This document shows positions 34,525-43,113 of a stretch of DNA of 59,176 bases, piece after piece (the first letter of the stretch is position 1; every line of letters starts with the position of its first letter). The stretch is from Candidatus Aminicenantes bacterium. GTDB lineage: Bacteria; Acidobacteriota; Aminicenantia; Aminicenantales; UBA4085. The notes beneath the pieces are model-generated. The model was not told where the DNA came from. It saw only the letters and a program-made list of their open reading frames with translations, and ran no database searches. The position numbers were made by a program, and so were the translations under genes. Location: the NCBI GenBank assembly GCA_030691735.1, contig JAUYDS010000075.1, positions 1 to 59,176 of the forward strand. The letters are read 5' to 3'.

Positions 34525-34553
34525 TTGACAATCCGGGGCTAAGGCGACACAAT
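34525..34553 (+). promoter_or_regulatory. Putative sigma70-like promoter of the OMP / pseudouridine synthase genes
   Basis: TTGACA (34525-34530), 17-nt spacer, CACAAT (34548-34553). AAAGGAGAG RBS precedes ATG 34592. Confidence 0.4.
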
Positions 34554-34591
34554 GGGAAATCGAGATGTATCCCCCTCCAAAGGAGAGCTGA

Positions 34592-35152
34592 ATGAAACGG
34601 ATTTGCGCGGTTGTCATTTTTCTCGTCCTATTCCTGACGGCGGTCAACGCCTTCTCCCAGATCGGGCCCTATATCGGCGGTTTCGCCGGCTATTCCGCAC
34701 AGAAGCCGAGCTTCGAGAACGTCGAGTTCAGCACCGATACGACCTTCCTCTATGGCTTCCGCGGCGGGATCCGGTTCCTGATGCTGGCCCTTGAATTGAA
34801 TTATTTCAAGGCGATACACAACATCGAAATGGGGGATTTCCTGACCTTTGACTGGAATGGGAAGATCATCGACTACAGCTACATCGGGCTCAATCTCAAA
34901 TACATCTTTTCCCTGGCGATCTTTCATCCTTTTTTGACGGTCGGCTACGGCTATTACACCGCCGACATCGAGAATATCGATAAGGACAAGGAAGGCGGGG
35001 CCAACTTCGGCGCGGGGCTGGAGATCTCGCTCGGGAAGAGGATTTCGATCTCGGCCGAAGGCAAGTATCACCACGTCGTCGTGGAGATCCAGAATATTCG
35101 TCTCGGTTTGGGCAATTTCACGATCTGCGGCGGGCTCAACATCCATTTTTGA
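34592..35152 (+). CDS. Small outer-membrane beta-barrel protein
   Basis: Signal peptide ..AVNAFSQ, alternating hydrophobic beta-strand pattern, Gly/aromatic rich, C-terminal ..LNIHF ending in Phe. Confidence 0.7.
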   Translation: MKRICAVVIFLVLFLTAVNAFSQIGPYIGGFAGYSAQKPSFENVEFSTDTTFLYGFRGGIRFLMLALELNYFKAIHNIEMGDFLTFDWNGKIIDYSYIGLNLKYIFSLAIFHPFLTVGYGYYTADIENIDKDKEGGANFGAGLEISLGKRISISAEGKYHHVVVEIQNIRLGLGNFTICGGLNIHF

Positions 35153-35877
35153 TGGAGATCCGGCTCAACAAATACCTGGCTCAGCGGGGAGTGGCCTCCC
35201 GGCGGGAGGCCGACAGCATGATCCAGGAGGGCCGCATCGCCGTCAACGGGCGGGTCGTGGAGGATCTCGGCCACAAGATCGACGACGGGCGCGACCGGGT
35301 CGCCGTCGACGGCCGGAAGATCAAGCCGGGCCGCGAGCTCGTCTATATGATGCTGAACAAGCCGAAGGGTTTTCTGGTGACCCTCGCCGATCCCTTGGGC
35401 CGGGCCACGATCAAGGACCTGGTTCCCTCGCTTCCGGACGGCGTGAATCCCGTCGGCCGGCTCGACAAGGACAGCGAGGGGCTTCTCCTCCTGACGAACG
35501 ACGGCGAGCTGGCGAATCGTCTGACCCATCCCCGCTATGAAATCCCCAAGATCTATATCGTTTGCGTCGAAGGGAGAGTTTCTCGGGAGGAGATCGACAA
35601 GCTCGAGAAGGGCGTCCCTATCGAAGGCGGCAGGACGGCTCCGGCCAAGGTCAAAGCCCTGGAGTCCCGATCTCAGTCGAGCGTCCTCCAGGTTGAGATC
35701 CACGAGGGCCGCAAGCGCGAGGTCCGGCAGATGTGCGAATCCGTCGGCCACGAGGTCGTTCGGTTGATGAGGGTGAGTTTCGCGGGGATCCGGCTGGAGA
35801 ACCTGCTCAATGGACAATGGCGCTTTCTCAAAAAAGAGGAGGTCCACCGGCTCAAACGACTGGCGGGCTTGAGCTGA
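35152..35877 (+). CDS. Pseudouridine synthase (RsuA/RluB family, S4 domain)
   Basis: S4 domain LNKYLAQRGVASRREADSMIQEGRIAVNG and catalytic-loop context GRLDKDSEGLLLLTNDG. ATG 35152 shares one nt with the upstream TGA. Confidence 0.85.
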   Translation: MEIRLNKYLAQRGVASRREADSMIQEGRIAVNGRVVEDLGHKIDDGRDRVAVDGRKIKPGRELVYMMLNKPKGFLVTLADPLGRATIKDLVPSLPDGVNPVGRLDKDSEGLLLLTNDGELANRLTHPRYEIPKIYIVCVEGRVSREEIDKLEKGVPIEGGRTAPAKVKALESRSQSSVLQVEIHEGRKREVRQMCESVGHEVVRLMRVSFAGIRLENLLNGQWRFLKKEEVHRLKRLAGLS

Positions 35878-35890
35878 TCCTCGATCAATC

Positions 35891-38278
35891 ATGATGACGG
35901 GCATATTCAAAGGCCGATCCGACCTGCCGGCTCTCCTGGCCCTGGCCTTTTTATCTCTGGCCATGACCTACCCGCTCGTTTTCCACCTGACCGATCAGGT
36001 CCCCTCCGATCTCAGGGACCCCCTTTACACGATGTGGTTGCTGTCCTGGGATGTCCGGGCGGCCGGCACCGGCGATTTTGCCGACGCCAACATATTCTAT
36101 CCGCACCGGGGCACGCTTTTTTACGGCGACGCTCTGCCCGCCCTGGCCCTCCTCGGGGCGCCGGTTTTGCTTCTCTCCGGGAATCCGGTCCTGGCCTATA
36201 ACATCCTGTTCCTCCTCTCTTTCTTCATCGCCGGGCTGGGCATGTATCTTCTCGTCAAATACCTGTCGGCCTCGCGGAACGCCGCCTTCCTGGCCGCTCT
36301 GATCTTCGCTTTTTTCCCCTACCACTTCGCCCACATCAGCCACCTGGAGATCCTCTATCTGGGCTGGATCCCGTTCTGCCTGCTGTTCATCCACCGCTAT
36401 TTCGAGGAGATGAAATTCAAATATCTTTTGGCCGCGGCCGGCTTCTACGTTCTTCAGGTCATGAGCTGCGCCTATTACGGCCAATATTTGACCATTTTCG
36501 CCGGGCTCATGGCCGTCTATCTGGCCTTGGGTTCGGGCTGTTGGCGGAAGGTCCGGTTCTGGAGGGACATGGCCATCCTCCTGGCCTTGACCGGAGCCGT
36601 CCTGCTGCCGTATTTCCTTCCGTTCATCAAAGTCCATCAGAAGATGCTTTTCGTCAGATCGATGTGGGAGGTGAAGTTCTTTTCAGCGGAGCTCCAGCAT
36701 TACCTGGCCGTGCCGACGATCAATGTCGTCTGGGGCCGGCTGACGGGAAGTTTGGGGGCTCAAGAGTGGCAGCTCTTTCCCGGGCTCGTCGCGATCGTCT
36801 TGACGCTCGTCTGGCTGTTGAGGAAGCGGCCCGGCAACGAGGCCGTTCCCGGCGGGACGCCGATCCGCCCCAAAAAAAGGGCCTTCGCCGTTTGGGATGT
36901 CCTGAACCTCGTCCTTTTCGTCTTTGTCCTCATTATCGGAATCACCGGCGGTTTCGAGTTCGGGGCGGGCCTTTTCAAGGTCTCGGCGCACCGCCTGGCC
37001 AATCCCTTCGCTTTCCTTCTCCTCTCCCTGTTCCTGAGAGGGCTCCTGGACCGGAGGGTGCGGGCAGGAGCGGGGGCCTATCTCAAGGCCACCCGACCGG
37101 CCGAGAAGTTTTATCTGTTCATGCTCGTCCTAGCCTGGCTGCTGTCGTTCGGGCCGGTCATCCGCTGTCTGGGGAGGGAGATCATCGCCGGTCCCTACGG
37201 CCTTCTGTTCGACCGGATCCCCGGCTTCCAGAACGTCAGGGTCCCGAGCCGCTTTGCGGCGCTGATGATGGTCGGCCTCTCCGTCCTCGCCGGCCGGGGA
37301 GCCCTCCAGGTCATGAACCGCTGGAGATCGCCCGGAGCCAGGAACCGGGCGGCCGCGGCGATCGGAGCTTTCATCATTCTGGAATATCTGTCGATTCCCA
37401 TCCCCCTCGTGACCGTGCCGGTCAAGGACCGCCTGCCGGAGATCTATGCCGCCGTCGGGAAGCTTTCCCCCGGCGCGGCGATCATCGAACTCCCCATGCC
37501 CGCCCGTGACGGCGAAGAGTACGAAGAGGCTTCCGCCGTCTATTTTTCCCTCTACCATCGCCGGGCCATCGTCAACGGCTACAGCGGCAACGCTCCTCCC
37601 GGCTATCGGGTCGTCCGTGAAGCGATGGACCAGTTCCCTTCGGACGCTACGCTCGATCTTCTGGCCGACCTGGGGGTGGACCATGTTCTGGTCCACACGG
37701 GAGGATATCGGGCGGCCGAGGGGCAGGCGATCGTCCCCCGTCTCATGGCTCTCTCCTCTCGGGCCGAGCCCGTCGCCGAGGCGGGCGGCGATCATCTCTA
37801 CCGCCTGATCTTCAGGATAAGGGATAAGATGGTAGAAGGTCCTCTCAAGGAGACGGGCGACAGGAGAAAATGGAAAGCCCGGGCCAGCCTGAACCCGAAG
37901 CTCGTGGAGTTGGCTTTCGACGGGGATCCCAAAACGGGCTGGTCGACCGGCTATCCCCAGGGCAAGGACGATTTTTTCGAACTCGACCTCGGCGAGACCG
38001 TTTCGCTGAAAAAGGTCGTCCTGGTTCTTAATACGAATCCTTTGGATTACCCCCGGAGTTTTCGCGTCGAAGGCTCGGCCGACGGAGCGGCGTGGACCGG
38101 GCTTTATGAAAAAGCGGGCTTCTTTCCGGCCGTCACCGCGGCGACGATCGAGGACTTCGAAAAATACGTCGTCCCCATTCCGCTCGAACCGGTCGCCGTC
38201 CGCTACGTCCGCATCACCTTGACCGCCTCTCACGAAGCCCGGCACTGGTCGATCAACGAGATCGTCTGCTACAATTGA
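35891..38278 (+). CDS. Polytopic membrane protein with C-terminal F5/8 type C (discoidin)-like domain
   Basis: About 450 aa of multiple TM helices with glycosyl/mannosyltransferase-39-like topology, then a soluble region. The C-terminal ~150 aa (AFDGDPKTGWSTGYPQGKDDFFELDLGE..VRYVRITL) are discoidin-like. Confidence 0.55.
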   Translation: MMTGIFKGRSDLPALLALAFLSLAMTYPLVFHLTDQVPSDLRDPLYTMWLLSWDVRAAGTGDFADANIFYPHRGTLFYGDALPALALLGAPVLLLSGNPVLAYNILFLLSFFIAGLGMYLLVKYLSASRNAAFLAALIFAFFPYHFAHISHLEILYLGWIPFCLLFIHRYFEEMKFKYLLAAAGFYVLQVMSCAYYGQYLTIFAGLMAVYLALGSGCWRKVRFWRDMAILLALTGAVLLPYFLPFIKVHQKMLFVRSMWEVKFFSAELQHYLAVPTINVVWGRLTGSLGAQEWQLFPGLVAIVLTLVWLLRKRPGNEAVPGGTPIRPKKRAFAVWDVLNLVLFVFVLIIGITGGFEFGAGLFKVSAHRLANPFAFLLLSLFLRGLLDRRVRAGAGAYLKATRPAEKFYLFMLVLAWLLSFGPVIRCLGREIIAGPYGLLFDRIPGFQNVRVPSRFAALMMVGLSVLAGRGALQVMNRWRSPGARNRAAAAIGAFIILEYLSIPIPLVTVPVKDRLPEIYAAVGKLSPGAAIIELPMPARDGEEYEEASAVYFSLYHRRAIVNGYSGNAPPGYRVVREAMDQFPSDATLDLLADLGVDHVLVHTGGYRAAEGQAIVPRLMALSSRAEPVAEAGGDHLYRLIFRIRDKMVEGPLKETGDRRKWKARASLNPKLVELAFDGDPKTGWSTGYPQGKDDFFELDLGETVSLKKVVLVLNTNPLDYPRSFRVEGSADGAAWTGLYEKAGFFPAVTAATIEDFEKYVVPIPLEPVAVRYVRITLTASHEARHWSINEIVCYN

Positions 38279-38280
38279 AA

Positions 38281-38345
38281 GGGGACACGTACCGGAGGGA
38301 CACCTCCTCAAGGAAAAAGGAGGTGTCCCTCCGGTACGTGTCCCC
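38281..38345. terminator. Family A-related 27-bp perfect hairpin (bidirectional terminator between convergent genes)
   Basis: GGGGACACGTACCGGAGGGACACCTCC (38281-38307) is the exact reverse complement of 38319-38345, with an 11-nt loop. A further GTGTCCCC lies at 38353-38360. Confidence 0.8.
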
Positions 38346-38425
38346 AAAGTATGTGTCCCCTTTGAATATTGAGGAGATCGCCACGGCCGAGGAGACCCGG
38401 AGCCCGGCTGTTGATATTGGAATGA

Positions 38426-40849
38426 TCAATCCTTCTTTTCTTCGAAGAAGCCCTTCGAAGCGCGGGCGAGGCGCTGGAGTTCCTTGTCGACGAGGTCGTT
38501 GATCGATCCCTCTTCGAACGTCCCCTCCGCCCCGCGCGCCCCGGCCGGGATCCCCGTCAGGATCTCGATCCCTTCGTCGATCGTCTTGATCGGGTAGATA
38601 TGGAACTGTCCTTGGGTCGCCGCGGCGACGACGTCGGTCCTGAGCATCAGGTTCTGAACGTTCTGGTGGGGGATGATGACGCCCTGGGTCCCGGTCAGGC
38701 CCTTCGCCCGGCAGACTTCGTAGAAGCCTTCGATCTTTTCGTTGACCCCGCCGATGGGCTGGATCTCTCCCTTCTGGTTGAGTGACCCAGTGACGGCGAT
38801 GTCCTGGCGGAGCGGCTTCCCCGACAGGCTGGAGAGGATGGCGTACACTTCCGTCGAGGAGGCGCTGTCGCCGTCCACGCCGCCGTAGGACTGCTCGAAA
38901 GCGATGCTGGCCGACAGGGCGAACGGCTTGTCTTGGGCGTACTTTCCCCTCAGATACCCGCCCAGGATGAGCACGCCCTTGTTGTGCGTGCTGCCGCTCA
39001 TGTCCGCTTCGCGTTCGATGTTGATGACCCCCGCCCGTCCGACCGCCGTCCGGGCCGTGATCCGGGTCGGCTTGCCGAAGGAGAACTGTCCCATGTTGTA
39101 GACCGAGAGGCCGTTGACCTGGCCGACGAGAACGCCCTGGACGTCGATCAGGATCGAGCCCTCCTCGATCATTTCCTGGATCTTGTCCTCGATCAGGCTG
39201 ATCCGCTCGAAGCGCTCGAGGATCGCCGTCTCGACGTGGGCGGCGCCGGCGAGCTTCTTGCCGTCCTTCTTGGCCCAGTAGCTCGCTTCGCGGACGACGT
39301 CGGCGATCACGTGGAAGCGCGTCGAGAGCTTCTTGTGGCGGCCGGCGATGCGCGTCCCGTATTCGACGACGGCGGCCATGCCCGATTTGTCGAAGGACAG
39401 GAGGCGGTCCTCGTCGCAGATCTTTTTCATGAAGCGGACGTAATCGCCGATGCTGCCCTCGGTCTTCGGCATCTCGGAATCGAACTCGGCTTTGATCTTG
39501 AAGATCTTCTTGAAGTCCTGGTCGGCGAAATAGAGGAGGTTGTAGATCTCCTCGTCGCCGATCATGACGACCTTGACGTTGACCTTGATGGACTCGGGCT
39601 TCAGCCGCGTCGAGGAGAAGAGGAACATCGAGGCGTAGTTCTGGATCTCGAAGATCTGGTTGCGCAGGGTGCGTTTGAGCATCATCCAGACGCCGGGTTC
39701 GATGAGGGCATCGAGGGCGTTGAGGACCAGGAAGCCGCCGTTCGCCTTCAGGAAGGAACCGGCCTTGATCTTGGTGAAGTCGGTCTGCAAGACGCCGAAG
39801 CGGTTGACCGTCGACTCGATCGAGCCGAAGAGATTGATGTAGTTGGGATTGGTCTCCATGACGACCGGCGCCTGCTTCAGGTCGGAGTTGTCCACGAGCA
39901 GGTTGACCCGATACTCGATGAAGGGGTCGACGGACTCCTTTTTCTCCTCGTCCTTCTTCTGTTGGTTCTTGAACAGCTCGATGTTGCCGACCAGGTGGGC
40001 CTCGGCGCCGGCGAGATACTCGGCGATCTTCGGGTGGGGAAACTTGGCGTTGATCTCGGACACGGCCCCCTTGATCACGGGCGAGATCGACTCGGCGTCC
40101 CAGTTCTTGAGGAACGTCCGCGTCTCCTCCTCGATCTCGCGCAGCTGCTCGAAGATCCCCTCCAGTTTCTCCGACAGCTCTTCGTATTTCTGTCTGAGGC
40201 CGTCGAGCGCTTTTTGGGGCAGCTTCTTTTCGCGGACCATGGCCTCCAGTTTGGCGAACGGCGTGGGCGTTTCCTCGATCAAGGGGATGAGGTCGGGCTT
40301 GACGAACATGCCCATCTGGACCTGGATCACGGCGAATCCCGATTTGGCCGCTTCTTCCTCGAAGCCCTGCAGGATCCCCTTCTGTTTGCGCTGCTGGCCT
40401 TCGACGATGGCATCCCGGTGCTCGGCGTAAGACTTGCTCTTGAGCAGGTCGGGTATGTTGCGCTTGAGCATCTCGATCAGGTTGTCCATGGAGGCCGCGA
40501 ACTGCCGGCCTTTCTCCGGGGGAAGGGTGATCAGCGTCGGCTCATCGGGATACTTGAAGTTGTTGACGTAGAGGACGTCGTCGGGCGGCTGGTCGCCCTT
40601 TTCGAGCCTCTCGAGGAGCTGTTTGATCGTCGTTGTCCGGCCGGTCCCGATCATCCCGGTGATGAAGATGTTGTAGCCCAGGCTCCGGATATCGAGGCCC
40701 GTCTGGAGGGACTTGAGCGCCCGTTCCTGGCCGATGATCTCGTCGCAGGGAGGGCCGTCTTGGCTCGTGGCGTAGGGGATCAAGGCGAGGTCGCAGGTCC
40801 AGCGGAGCTTCTCTAGCGGGACCTCCTCGAATTTGGTCTTGGCCGTCAT
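38426..40849 (-). CDS. Lon-like protease, LonC-type (AAA-like domain with degenerate Walker A + S16 protease domain)
   Basis: N-terminal AAA-like region with GMIGTGRTT, a long helical insertion, and a C-terminal Lon protease domain carrying Ser (DGDSASS) and Lys (GGVNEKIEG). 807 aa. Confidence 0.8.
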   Translation of the reverse strand: MTAKTKFEEVPLEKLRWTCDLALIPYATSQDGPPCDEIIGQERALKSLQTGLDIRSLGYNIFITGMIGTGRTTTIKQLLERLEKGDQPPDDVLYVNNFKYPDEPTLITLPPEKGRQFAASMDNLIEMLKRNIPDLLKSKSYAEHRDAIVEGQQRKQKGILQGFEEEAAKSGFAVIQVQMGMFVKPDLIPLIEETPTPFAKLEAMVREKKLPQKALDGLRQKYEELSEKLEGIFEQLREIEEETRTFLKNWDAESISPVIKGAVSEINAKFPHPKIAEYLAGAEAHLVGNIELFKNQQKKDEEKKESVDPFIEYRVNLLVDNSDLKQAPVVMETNPNYINLFGSIESTVNRFGVLQTDFTKIKAGSFLKANGGFLVLNALDALIEPGVWMMLKRTLRNQIFEIQNYASMFLFSSTRLKPESIKVNVKVVMIGDEEIYNLLYFADQDFKKIFKIKAEFDSEMPKTEGSIGDYVRFMKKICDEDRLLSFDKSGMAAVVEYGTRIAGRHKKLSTRFHVIADVVREASYWAKKDGKKLAGAAHVETAILERFERISLIEDKIQEMIEEGSILIDVQGVLVGQVNGLSVYNMGQFSFGKPTRITARTAVGRAGVINIEREADMSGSTHNKGVLILGGYLRGKYAQDKPFALSASIAFEQSYGGVDGDSASSTEVYAILSSLSGKPLRQDIAVTGSLNQKGEIQPIGGVNEKIEGFYEVCRAKGLTGTQGVIIPHQNVQNLMLRTDVVAAATQGQFHIYPIKTIDEGIEILTGIPAGARGAEGTFEEGSINDLVDKELQRLARASKGFFEEKKD

Positions 40850-40951
40850 CGGCGTCTCCTTGTGGTGAAGTCAAGTACCCCGTTATTAACACAAGAAAAC
40901 GACAAAAACAAGCGAAGCCCTGGCAAAAATGACCCCGATTTGTTAGAATAC

Positions 40952-42091
40952 ATGAACTTGGAGTATGCCTTGAGCGAGATTCGAGTCGAACGCGTCACAA
41001 CGGCAGCCGAATTGAAGAGGTTCATCCGGTTTCCCTGGAAGGTCTACGCCGGCGACCCCAACTGGGCTCCTCCCCTGATCACGGACGTCAAAGCCAAATT
41101 GAACGTTCGGAAGAATCCCTTCTTTGAGCACGCCGAACGGGAGCTGTTCCTGGCCCGCAGAAGCGGCGAGATCACCGGCCGCGTCCTGGGGATCGTCGAC
41201 CGCAACCATAACGACTTCCATAACGAGAAGGTCGTCTTTTACGGGATGTACGAGAGCCTCAACGACCCGGAAACGGCGGCCGCCCTCCTCGACGCGGTTG
41301 CGGTCTGGGGGAAAGAGCGGGGGATGGACACCCTGCGCGGCACGGTCAACCTGTCCCTCAACGACGAGTGCGCCTTTCTTGCCGAGGGCTTCGATTCGCC
41401 GCCGGCGGTCATGATGCCCTACCATCCCCGTTATTATCTGGATCTCATGGAGGCCTGCGGTCAGGTCAAGGCCAGGGACCTCTACGCCTTTCTCATGACC
41501 CGCGACTACGAGACGGATGCGAAGGTGAAGGCTGTGGTCCAGAGGATCCAGGTGGCGACCACCGTTACCTGCCGCCCGATCCGGCTCAAAGACTGGAAGG
41601 AAGAGGCGGATCGGATCATCAGCATCTACAACCATGCCTGGGAGAAGAACTGGGGGTTCGTGCCCTGGACCGGGAATGAGATGAAACACATGGTCAAGAG
41701 CCTCAAGTCCATCGCCGACCCCGATCTCGTCATCATTGCCGAGGACAAGGGCCGGCCGGTGGGCTTCGGCTTCGGCCTTCCCAATTACAACGAGATCCTG
41801 ACCAAGATGAACGGACGGCTGTTCCCCTTCGGCCTCTTCAAGTTCCTCCTCGGCCGCAAGAAGATCAAGAGCATGCGCATGCTGGTCTTCGGGATCCTGA
41901 AAGAATACCGCGCTTCGGGCATCAGCTATCTCCTGGCCACGGAAATGGTGAAGCAGGGGATGCGGAAAGGATTCCAATGGGCTGAGCTGTCCTGGACCCT
42001 CGAGGACAACGAAGCGGTCAACAAGTTCGCCGCTTCGTTGGGCGGTCGAGTCTATAAGAAATACCGGATCTACGAAAAGAGGATCGGATAA
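40952..42091 (+). CDS. GNAT-fold N-acetyltransferase-like protein
   Basis: Start placed at ATG 40952 (MNLEYALSEIRVERV..). The FIRFPWKVYAGDPNWAPPL..KNPFFEHAE N-terminus is typical of a widespread uncharacterised GNAT-like family (from memory). Confidence 0.55.
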   Translation: MNLEYALSEIRVERVTTAAELKRFIRFPWKVYAGDPNWAPPLITDVKAKLNVRKNPFFEHAERELFLARRSGEITGRVLGIVDRNHNDFHNEKVVFYGMYESLNDPETAAALLDAVAVWGKERGMDTLRGTVNLSLNDECAFLAEGFDSPPAVMMPYHPRYYLDLMEACGQVKARDLYAFLMTRDYETDAKVKAVVQRIQVATTVTCRPIRLKDWKEEADRIISIYNHAWEKNWGFVPWTGNEMKHMVKSLKSIADPDLVIIAEDKGRPVGFGFGLPNYNEILTKMNGRLFPFGLFKFLLGRKKIKSMRMLVFGILKEYRASGISYLLATEMVKQGMRKGFQWAELSWTLEDNEAVNKFAASLGGRVYKKYRIYEKRIG

Positions 42092-42140
42092 AAGACCCGA
42101 GACGCGCGCGAGCGGGTCCGGGATCTTCAAGGAGAAGGGC

Positions 42141-42608
42141 ATGAAAACATACGAAGGCAAGCTGCAGGCCAAAGGATTGAAGGTGGCTTTGGTCGTCAGC
42201 CGGTTCAACGCGTTCCTCACGGACAAGTTGCTCGACGGCGCTCTCGACGCGCTCAAGAAGCTCGGGGCCGAGGACGCGGACATCGCGGTCTACAAGGTTC
42301 CCGGCTCGTTCGAGGTGCCGTTCGTCGCCCGAAAGCTGGCCCGATCGAAGAAGGCCGACGGTATCGTTTGCCTCGGCGCGCTCATCCGCGGCGACACGCC
42401 CCATTTCGATTTCCTCAGCGCCGAAGTGACCAAAGGGCTAGCCCAGGTCGCTCTCGAGGACGGGATCCCCGTTTCGTTCGGCATCCTGACGGTCGAGTCG
42501 ATCGAACAGGGCATCGAGCGCTCCGGGACCAAGTCCGGGAACAAGGGCTGGGACGCCGTCCTCTCCCTGGTCGAGACCGTCAATTTGATGAAGGACGCGA
42601 AGCTGTAG
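42141..42608 (+). CDS. ribH: 6,7-dimethyl-8-ribityllumazine synthase
   Basis: 155 aa with VALVVSRFN, VPGSFE(V)P, GALIRGDTPHFDF and G(T)KSGNKG motifs. Confidence 0.95.
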   Translation: MKTYEGKLQAKGLKVALVVSRFNAFLTDKLLDGALDALKKLGAEDADIAVYKVPGSFEVPFVARKLARSKKADGIVCLGALIRGDTPHFDFLSAEVTKGLAQVALEDGIPVSFGILTVESIEQGIERSGTKSGNKGWDAVLSLVETVNLMKDAKL

Positions 42609-42612
42609 CGGG

Positions 42613-43113
42613 ATGGGAAAACGGCGGTCCGCCCGGGAGAGCGCCCTCCAGATCCTGTTCGAGCTCGAGTTCAACGACGCCGGGCTGGAGGCGATCCTGG
42701 CCCGGAGCATGAAGGACAAACAGACCGAACGGTCCGTCCAGGAGTATACCGGCTGGCTGGCGCGGGGCATGGTGGCCCGGCGCGACGAGATCGACGCGCT
42801 CATCCAAAGCACGTCCGATCACTGGCGGGTTTCCCGGATGGCGTTCGTCGACCGGAACATCCTCCGCGTCGCGGTCTTCGAGCTGTTGGAGGAAAAGTTC
42901 CTGGCCCCGGCCATCGTCATCAACGAGGCCATCGAGATCGCCAAGCGATTCAGCGGCGCCCAGGCCGCCGTTTTCGTCAACGGCGTGCTGGACGCCGTCC
43001 GGAAGAAACTGGACGCATCGAAACCGCAAGAGAAAGAGACCAAGGATGAACGAACCCAAGAACCCGCCAAAAAAAGAGCCGCCGCCGGCCGCCGCCGACC
43101 TCAAAAAACTTGA
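42613..43113 (+). CDS. nusB: Transcription antitermination factor NusB (with basic C-terminal tail)
   Basis: [13 protein letters not shown].., [13 protein letters not shown] and [11 protein letters not shown] motifs, plus ~35 extra K/R/E-rich C-terminal residues. Confidence 0.9.
   Translation: MGKRRSARESALQILFELEFNDAGLEAILARSMKDKQTERSVQEYTGWLARGMVARRDEIDALIQSTSDHWRVSRMAFVDRNILRVAVFELLEEKFLAPAIVINEAIEIAKRFSGAQAAVFVNGVLDAVRKKLDASKPQEKETKDERTQEPAKKRAAAGRRRPQKT

Noticed and set aside
38426-40849. Lon-like protease as BrxL of a BREX defence system
   Set aside because: No PglX/PglZ/BrxA-C-like genes on either flank; the neighbours are a terminator with a glycan-related membrane protein gene, and a GNAT/ribH/nusB set. 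The architecture fits LonC-type better.
40934-40954. TAGAAT box 2 nt before ATG 40952 as a leaderless promoter for the GNAT-like gene
   Set aside because: The spacing is too short for the A of the ATG to be the transcription start, and no convincing -35 box lies 17 nt upstream.
42092-42140. FMN riboswitch upstream of ribH
   Set aside because: Only 49 nt of intergenic DNA, far too short for an FMN aptamer. It contains just a small GACCCG..CGGGTC hairpin.
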